In this document: positions 58,059 to 64,000 of the stretch, in pieces
Layout: each line of letters begins with the position of its first letter
Position numbering within the stretch: position 1 is the stretch's first letter
From: a candidate division FCPU426 bacterium
GTDB taxonomy: Bacteria; Oederibacteriota; Muellerivitia; Muellerivitales; Muellerivitaceae
DNA: 64,000 bases
NCBI GenBank assembly: GCA_963796105.1
Contig: CAWCKJ010000003.1
Span: 112,567 to 176,566 of the forward strand
Reading direction: 5' to 3'
Position numbers and translations under genes: made by a program
The notes under the pieces: model-generated
Databases searched by the model: none
Told to the model about the DNA's origin: nothing
Seen by the model: the letters and a program-made list of their open reading frames with translations, nothing else

Positions 58059-59022
58059 AAAGAATAAATATATTGGTTTGGCCGGTTTGGTCTGCCTGAT
58101 AAGCATGGGTTTGGCTTCATCAGGGATTTGTAAAACCACCGAGGGGGAGGATGAAAATGACCACCTATCCCCGCCCCCTACCCCTATATCCGCTGATCGA
58201 TACCGAAAAATGAATCAGGCGGATCAAGAAAAATCCGTTAAAACGCTGAAAACCGCCAAGAAGGAAAAATCGGAAGTTTCATCCGCAACCTCCCCCGCCG
58301 CCCAGGTAAGGGCGGGGGATAATATAAGCGTCTATTATTTCACGAAAGCTGGTTTTGTAATAACACAGCCATCCCAATTACCTTCATTGGGTAAAGTGGT
58401 TGGGGACCTTAGCGAGACGAACGCCTCCGGCCCGGGCGTTTTAAGTTACAGCCAAGCGAAAAAACCTTATATTGAATATTCCTCCAAGGCTGAGTTAAAT
58501 ATAGACGATTTACTGGTTGTTTATTCGATTTCTCCGGAAAATATTAATGAACCCGAATCGAATTTTTCCGGTTTTCTGGTTGAAAACAGGGCTATCGTAA
58601 AGGTGATTTCTGTCCAAAAGAAGTATTGCCAAGTGGAGATCGTTAAATCCTTCGTTGCTTTTCACGCGGGAGACCGTGTCCGGCCATACAGCGATGAGCT
58701 TCAAAGATGGACAAAGGCTCAAACTAAAAAACCACTTCCCTCAAATGAAATCCATTGTTATGTATGCGGTGGAGAGGTTCAAAAAACAGCTTATTCCCAG
58801 TCGGATTTCATCATCTTGACCGCCGGCACGAACAAGGGTGTGGTTGAGGGACAAGTATTTCATCTAAAACAATTAGTTAAGAACGTGGAATTGAGGGAGG
58901 ATCTTCATGCCTTCCGGGGTTCGGCGCGCGTATTTTTCGCGGGATCCAATTACTCCATGGCCCAAATTCTTTCCAGCAACGAATCCATCCAAAAAGGGTT
59001 TGAGGCGGTTTACAATCCCTGA
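58048..59022 (+). CDS. hypothetical exported protein
   Basis: N-terminal hydrophobic segment IGLAGLVCLISMGLASSG. No family assignable. Confidence 0.4.
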   Translation: MFAEKNKYIGLAGLVCLISMGLASSGICKTTEGEDENDHLSPPPTPISADRYRKMNQADQEKSVKTLKTAKKEKSEVSSATSPAAQVRAGDNISVYYFTKAGFVITQPSQLPSLGKVVGDLSETNASGPGVLSYSQAKKPYIEYSSKAELNIDDLLVVYSISPENINEPESNFSGFLVENRAIVKVISVQKKYCQVEIVKSFVAFHAGDRVRPYSDELQRWTKAQTKKPLPSNEIHCYVCGGEVQKTAYSQSDFIILTAGTNKGVVEGQVFHLKQLVKNVELREDLHAFRGSARVFFAGSNYSMAQILSSNESIQKGFEAVYNP

Positions 59023-59045
59023 ATCGGAGCCGGATTAAGGTTTAA

Positions 59046-59903
59046 ATGGATTCCTTGAAAAACAAAACAGTTGAAGAAGACCCCTTTTTTTTAAAGATTC
59101 TTGAACATGTATTGGCCGAAAAAGGATTCGACGGCACGCATTACAAAATCAATTATATCAAGAGAAGGGTGGCAGTCCGAATGCGGGCATCCGGAACCCG
59201 CGATTACTTGGAATATTATCAGGCGTTAAAAAAAAACCGGGATGAAGTATCACTGCTGTTTGACCGTTTTACCATTCATGTGACGGATTTTTTCAGGGAT
59301 GCCGAAGTTTACAATTCCATGAAGTTAAAAGTACTTCCTGAAATTTTTCGGCAACCGGGATCCAGCCTTAAGATTTGGTGCGCCGGATGCAGCACGGGGC
59401 AAGAGCCTTATTCCATCGCCATCACTTTGAGGGAAAACAGCCCCAAGTACGCGGAGAAGAATATTAAAATCATCGCCACCGATATTGACGATGCCAGCAT
59501 TCGTTTTGCCGAGCGGGGGACCTATCCCATTGCTTCACTGAAAAAACTCTCGAGCCAACAAATGAGCAAGTGGTTTTTGAACGAGGGGGAAAAAGCGCGC
59601 ATATCCCAGGAATTGAGGGACTCGGTAAGGTTCAAAACGCATGATTTACTTGGACGTTGGGATTCGGATTTTTCGGATTTTAACCTTATATTATGTAGGA
59701 ATCTCCTTATTTACCTTTCGGCGGTCCGCCAGCAAAAACTTTATCAAGGGTTTCACAAAGCATTGCGTCCGGATGGGTATTTGATTCTTGGTTTGACGGA
59801 AACATTAATGGGCGGGGCTCGTGAATTATTCCGCTGCGTTGACGTGAAGAACCGAATCTACAAAGTTTGCGGTTCAAAAACGCCTTCTGACAGAGGGGCT
59901 TGA
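59046..59903 (+). CDS. cheR: CheR-type protein-glutamate O-methyltransferase
   Basis: Collinear with E. coli CheR: N-terminal helical domain; ..FFRD...F..L..... followed by IWCAGCSTGQEPYSIAI (AdoMet motif I); ..ATDID...L..A..G.Y; ..D.I.CRN.LIY.. Confidence 0.85.
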   Translation: MDSLKNKTVEEDPFFLKILEHVLAEKGFDGTHYKINYIKRRVAVRMRASGTRDYLEYYQALKKNRDEVSLLFDRFTIHVTDFFRDAEVYNSMKLKVLPEIFRQPGSSLKIWCAGCSTGQEPYSIAITLRENSPKYAEKNIKIIATDIDDASIRFAERGTYPIASLKKLSSQQMSKWFLNEGEKARISQELRDSVRFKTHDLLGRWDSDFSDFNLILCRNLLIYLSAVRQQKLYQGFHKALRPDGYLILGLTETLMGGARELFRCVDVKNRIYKVCGSKTPSDRGA

Positions 59904-59909
59904 GGGAAA

Positions 59910-61091
59910 ATGGATAAGGCACAGGATCATATTAATCTCGGAACCGCTTTCACTCTTTCTAAACGGTATGACGACGCGATTGTGGAGTTTAAAAAAGCGC
60001 TGGTCTTGAGCCCATCGGATGGTGAAATCCTTTTTCAATTGGGGGGATTATGCACCAATATCGGGAATTACGAGGAAGCTGAGAATTATTACCACGACGC
60101 GCTATCCATCAACCCGATGAATTTAAACGCGCATTGCAAATTGGGTTTGTTATTGGAAGTCCAGGGCAAGTACCAGGAATCCATACAAGAATTTCAAAAA
60201 GCCACTGAATTGAATCCGACTGACGCGGGCCTTTACAACAACCTGGGAAATGTCTATTCGAAAATGGGCAGGTATCAGGAAGCCATTGATCAGTTTAAAA
60301 AATACACTGGCATCAATCCGAGCAACGCGGAAATTTTCTTCAAAATGGGTTTTTCATTTGAACAGTTGGGCAGGCTTGATGAGGCCATCAACTCCTATGA
60401 ACGAGCTCTAGTCCTAAATCCCCGACACGCGGCTGTTTACTCCATCCTGGGAAACGCTTACGCGAAAAAAGGGGATTATCAGGAGGCCATATCGCTTTAT
60501 CAACAGGCCCTTCGATTAAATCCTCAAGAGCCGGAAGTCCATTTAAAATTGGGGGTGGCCTTCATGTCGCTCGGCCAATACGACAAGGCCTTGTCTGTTT
60601 TGGAGGAGGCGCGTCAAAAAAACCCGCAGAATGCCGAGGTTTATTTGAAGTTTGGGATGATTTACGCGGGCCGCGGCCAGCATGAGGAGGCCATTCAAAT
60701 GTACCGAAAGGTCATGGAGATTAATCCCCATGACGCAAGCGTCCATAATGTCTTGGGTTACATTTATGACCGGCAGGGAGACGCGGAAAAAGCCATGGAG
60801 GAATACCGCGCCGCCAAACTCATCAACCCCAATGACATATTAATCTTGGATAATCTCGGGAACTTGAATTATAAACAAGGCCATTTTGATGAGGCGGCCC
60901 AGGATTTCGAGAGCTTGCTTCAATTGAATCCGCTGCATAGTGATGCCCACGCGAAGCTGGGAAATGTTTATTTAAAGAAAGGCGAAAAGAACAAGGCCGT
61001 CACCCACTGGGAAAAAGCCTTGGAACTTGATCCGTCCAATGAGATCCTCAAGAACAATTTAAGAATTGTCAAAGGAAGTCCCACGGCATGA
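59910..61091 (+). CDS. TPR-repeat protein (about 11 repeats)
   Basis: Regular 34-aa repeats with the W-LG-Y / A-F-A-P signature across the whole 393 aa. Confidence 0.8.
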   Translation: MDKAQDHINLGTAFTLSKRYDDAIVEFKKALVLSPSDGEILFQLGGLCTNIGNYEEAENYYHDALSINPMNLNAHCKLGLLLEVQGKYQESIQEFQKATELNPTDAGLYNNLGNVYSKMGRYQEAIDQFKKYTGINPSNAEIFFKMGFSFEQLGRLDEAINSYERALVLNPRHAAVYSILGNAYAKKGDYQEAISLYQQALRLNPQEPEVHLKLGVAFMSLGQYDKALSVLEEARQKNPQNAEVYLKFGMIYAGRGQHEEAIQMYRKVMEINPHDASVHNVLGYIYDRQGDAEKAMEEYRAAKLINPNDILILDNLGNLNYKQGHFDEAAQDFESLLQLNPLHSDAHAKLGNVYLKKGEKNKAVTHWEKALELDPSNEILKNNLRIVKGSPTA

Positions 61092-61726
61092 TGAAGACCC
61101 AGGAAAAATCCCTCGGTGAATTATTGCGTCAGGCTGGGAAAATCACCTCCCGCCAAATTCAAGTGGCGTTATCGGAACAAAAAATAACCCATGAACCCAT
61201 TGGGAAAATTCTTGTTTCACTTGGTTTTGTGGAGGAGAGGGATATTTTGCAGGTCATGGAAGGCATGGTGGTATTGACGTTCCGCATGGATAAAGAGCTG
61301 TTCGGGGTGGAAACTTTCCGCGCGCGAGAGGTCTTGAAATACACTGTATTAAAACCATTTGAAAATAAAGTTGGAAATTGGGAAGGGCATCTTGCCCTTC
61401 GCGGTGAGGAAATCCCAGTTTTGTCATTCAGGAAATTCCTTGAGGTTCCCGCGACGGGTCCCGTGGAACGGAGCTGGTTCATTATCCTTGAGAAAAAGGG
61501 GAGGCCTTTCGCCCTTTGGGTGGACGAGGTCAGGGAAGTAACCCGCTTTAAAATCGATCAAATCGAGCCGGTTCCGCTTTATCTTTTGGGAAAAAAAACA
61601 GAATTGTATTATTGTTTAGGTAAAATAAAAGATGACCTTTACTCGATCATCAATCCGGATAATTTAGTGGAAGATGTTCCCGAAAAGCCGCCGTTAATTG
61701 GAAAAAACCATGCCAGCTCAACCTGA
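61088..61726 (+). CDS. CheW-like coupling protein with N-terminal MshEN/T2SSE_N-type putative c-di-GMP-binding motif
   Basis: The N-terminal 60 aa carry tandem motifs LGELLRQAGKITSRQIQVALSEQ and IGKILVSLGFVEERDILQVM, matching the MshEN consensus RLGxxLxxxGxIxxxxLxxALxxQ. The rest is a CheW-like domain (VLTFRMDKELFGVETFRAREVL..). Confidence 0.6.
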   Translation: MMKTQEKSLGELLRQAGKITSRQIQVALSEQKITHEPIGKILVSLGFVEERDILQVMEGMVVLTFRMDKELFGVETFRAREVLKYTVLKPFENKVGNWEGHLALRGEEIPVLSFRKFLEVPATGPVERSWFIILEKKGRPFALWVDEVREVTRFKIDQIEPVPLYLLGKKTELYYCLGKIKDDLYSIINPDNLVEDVPEKPPLIGKNHASST

Positions 61727-63920
61727 AACAAAAACCATCCGTGAATTAGCCCACGGAAGCGATCAAGGCGACGCGTCCACCCACAATAATTTGGGGGTTT
61801 TTTATTATTCCAAGGGCATGTACGCGGAAGCTATCAAGGAATTTAAAACTGCGCTTGAGATCGATCCCGAGAACACCCAAGCATTGGAGAATCTGAAGGC
61901 CGTCAACCGGCACACGGGCCTTTACGACCGTTCGATTGAAGCCTACAAAAAATCGACCCAAATGTTTCCATCGGATTCCGAGGCTAGTTATAACCTCGCC
62001 AATTCCTACCGGTATACGGGTCAATATGAAAAAGCAATCGTTGAATACCAGAAAACCATCGCCTTAAATCCAGAACATCCTTTCGCTAGAAACTACCTTG
62101 GTATCACTTACAAGTGCACGGGCCAGTTGGAGGAGGCCATTAAGGAATTCAAGAAAGCCATCGATGACAACCCCTATTACGCTGATCTTCATAACAATTT
62201 AGGCGAGGTTTATTACAAAAAAGCCATGTTGAATGAGGCTCTCGTTGAGTTTAAAAAGGCCATTTCTCTTAACCCTGACTATGCCATCGCGCACTACAAC
62301 TTGAGCTTCGTTTATGGCGATAAGAACATGCTGGAAGAGGCCGAGAGGGAGTTCAAGAAAGCGGTGGATTTGAACCCTAATTTCGGGCAGGGAGCGCAGG
62401 CGCTTTTGTCGATTGAGCGCGCGAAAAGCATGGAGGAGAAAGTCGCCGAGAAAATCGCTTCCGCCCCCCCCGCTCCCTCCGTGGAAACATACCTTAGTTT
62501 AGCGTCCGCTTACAGCGGGAAAGGACTCCTGGATGAGGCCATCAGGGAATATAAAAGAGCCATTGAGGCCATGCCGAATGAGGAAAAATCCTACCGGGCT
62601 TTGGGTGAAATCTACCTACAGAAGGGCCTGATCGAGGACGCGTTAATGTCGTTCCAGAAGGCTATCGATATTTCACCCACCGACATCGAGAACTATATAC
62701 AGCGGGGGATAGCCCTTCGGGAATTGAACCGTTGCGACGAATCGGTGAGCGAGTTTAAAAAAGCCATAGAATTAACGCAGAATTCCAGCAAGGCTCATTT
62801 TGAGATGGGAGTCACCTACTTCAAAATGGGTGAAACTGAAAATGCCACGAGGGAAATTAGAAAAGCCCTGGAAATAGACCCTGAGAACGCTGAGGCGCAT
62901 TATTATCTTGGCGTTTACTATTACAAAGTCAATCTTTACGACGAGGCCATCCGGGAGATCACCCAGGCCGTGGAGTTGGACGTCTCCATCGCCTCAAGCG
63001 CTGAGGCCCTTATTTATTTGGGATTGGCCCTGGCTGACAAAGGCCGTTTTGAGGAAGCCATCGCAGAGTATAAGAAGGCGATGGAATTGGACCCTAAAAA
63101 CCCGATTATCCATAATAGTTTGGGAGTGGCCTATAAAAACGCCGGAATGATCGATGATGCCATCCAGCATTATCAGAAGGCCATTTCCATCAACCCTCAA
63201 TACGCCAAGGCCTATAATAATTTGGGAGTTGTTTATTTTAAAATGAGCCAATATGAGAAAGCGATCGAAACATTCAAAAAAGCTGTCGAAATAGAGCCGG
63301 AATATAAAACGGCTCAAAATAACCTTTCAGTGGCCATGAAAAAGCGGATCGTTCTTTCCGAGGCATCGGAGGTTTTGATTAAGCAAATTATGGCTGACCC
63401 GGAAAATTATGCCTTGCATCAAAACCTCGGCATGCTTTACAAAAATACGGGGCAACACTCGGAAGCCGTACGCGAGTTCCAGGAAACCATACGCTTGAAT
63501 CCGAAAAACCGGGAAGCTTTAACCCAACTCGGCGACACTCATCTCCTGCTGGGGCATTTGGATGAAGCTGTCAAGGTGCTGGCTAAGGCAATTTCCTGCG
63601 ACCCTACCCATCCGGACGCGCATATGCAATTGGGCAAGGTTTATATCCAACGCCAATGGTGGGATGAGGCTTTGGTTGAGTTCAAAAAGAGCCTGGAAGG
63701 AAATAAGAATTCCCCGGAGGTATATTATTATCTCGGCCAAGTCTACCGGTTCAAAGGCTGGTGGGACGACGCCATCCAAAAAATGCAAATGTACCTGGAT
63801 TCAGCCAATACCGAGGAGGACAAGGTCATACAGGCCATCGATATCATCCAGCAAATCCAAGTTTGGCGAAAAGAACTCCAAGTTTCCCCGAGCGGGGACA
63901 AGGCGAAATATATAAAATAG
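61698..63920 (+). CDS. large TPR-repeat protein (about 20 repeats)
   Basis: 740 aa of back-to-back TPR repeats. Overlaps the upstream gene. Confidence 0.8.
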   Translation: MEKTMPAQPETKTIRELAHGSDQGDASTHNNLGVFYYSKGMYAEAIKEFKTALEIDPENTQALENLKAVNRHTGLYDRSIEAYKKSTQMFPSDSEASYNLANSYRYTGQYEKAIVEYQKTIALNPEHPFARNYLGITYKCTGQLEEAIKEFKKAIDDNPYYADLHNNLGEVYYKKAMLNEALVEFKKAISLNPDYAIAHYNLSFVYGDKNMLEEAEREFKKAVDLNPNFGQGAQALLSIERAKSMEEKVAEKIASAPPAPSVETYLSLASAYSGKGLLDEAIREYKRAIEAMPNEEKSYRALGEIYLQKGLIEDALMSFQKAIDISPTDIENYIQRGIALRELNRCDESVSEFKKAIELTQNSSKAHFEMGVTYFKMGETENATREIRKALEIDPENAEAHYYLGVYYYKVNLYDEAIREITQAVELDVSIASSAEALIYLGLALADKGRFEEAIAEYKKAMELDPKNPIIHNSLGVAYKNAGMIDDAIQHYQKAISINPQYAKAYNNLGVVYFKMSQYEKAIETFKKAVEIEPEYKTAQNNLSVAMKKRIVLSEASEVLIKQIMADPENYALHQNLGMLYKNTGQHSEAVREFQETIRLNPKNREALTQLGDTHLLLGHLDEAVKVLAKAISCDPTHPDAHMQLGKVYIQRQWWDEALVEFKKSLEGNKNSPEVYYYLGQVYRFKGWWDDAIQKMQMYLDSANTEEDKVIQAIDIIQQIQVWRKELQVSPSGDKAKYIK

Positions 63921-63927
63921 GGGCACA

Positions 63928-64000
63928 ATGAAACTACTTCTTTGCATCATTCCTCCCAAAAAGATCGAGCAAGTCAAAAAAGCATTGTGGGAAGCGGGAG
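63928..64000 (+). CDS. P-II family nitrogen regulatory protein (5' fragment, runs off window)
   Basis: MKLLLCIIPPKKIEQVKKALWEAG aligns with the GlnB/GlnK N-terminus ([24 protein letters not shown]). Confidence 0.45.
   Translation, partial: MKLLLCIIPPKKIEQVKKALWEAG

Noticed and set aside
59910-63920. Periodic nucleotide repetition in the TPR genes that might be mistaken for a CRISPR-like or tandem DNA repeat array
   Set aside because: The periodicity is at the protein level (34-aa TPR repeats with degenerate DNA). There are no identical direct repeats with unique spacers, and no cas genes in the window.

Overview
This 64-kb window comes from a moderately high-GC, diderm (outer-membrane-bearing) bacterium, probably an uncultivated lineage. 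It is unusually rich in TPR-repeat proteins and in secreted proteins that carry T9SS/FlgD-Ig-like C-terminal domains. Most genes are on the + strand.

The core content is housekeeping: DAHP synthase, plsC, rpsA, the conserved der-plsY-gpsA block, IHF/HU, a MerR regulator, two tRNA-Pro, acyP, a sigma-70-family factor, apt, tRNA-Arg, accA, an amidase, valS, nadC, birA and coaX. There is a glycogen pair (GH57 plus glgB) and an ExbB-ExbD-TonB-like module sitting between two giant TPR proteins and an outer-membrane beta-barrel. Three paralogous polytopic membrane proteins (TMTC/DUF2723-like) with TPR domains also occur.

Three parts look accessory or unusual:
- A FabD-like protein immediately upstream of der lacks the catalytic Ser/His dyad.
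- A lower-GC island (about 24.4-38.2 kb) lies downstream of tRNA-Arg. It holds an intact IS1380-family insertion sequence with terminal inverted repeats, an S8 subtilisin-like protease with a T9SS-type C-terminal domain, a very AT-rich divergent XRE / zinc-ribbon control region, a methyltransferase, a YihY protein, an MFS transporter and membrane proteins.
- At the 3' end there is a cluster with a PilT ATPase fused to a long TPR domain, an orphan CheR methyltransferase, and a CheW-like protein whose N-terminus carries an MshEN-type c-di-GMP-binding motif, all interleaved with large TPR proteins. A GAF-GGDEF diguanylate cyclase lies about 11 kb upstream. I consider this the best candidate for an undescribed c-di-GMP-responsive, chemosensory-like control system for pilus retraction.

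All calls rest on reading the translated ORFs by eye. No database searches were run.
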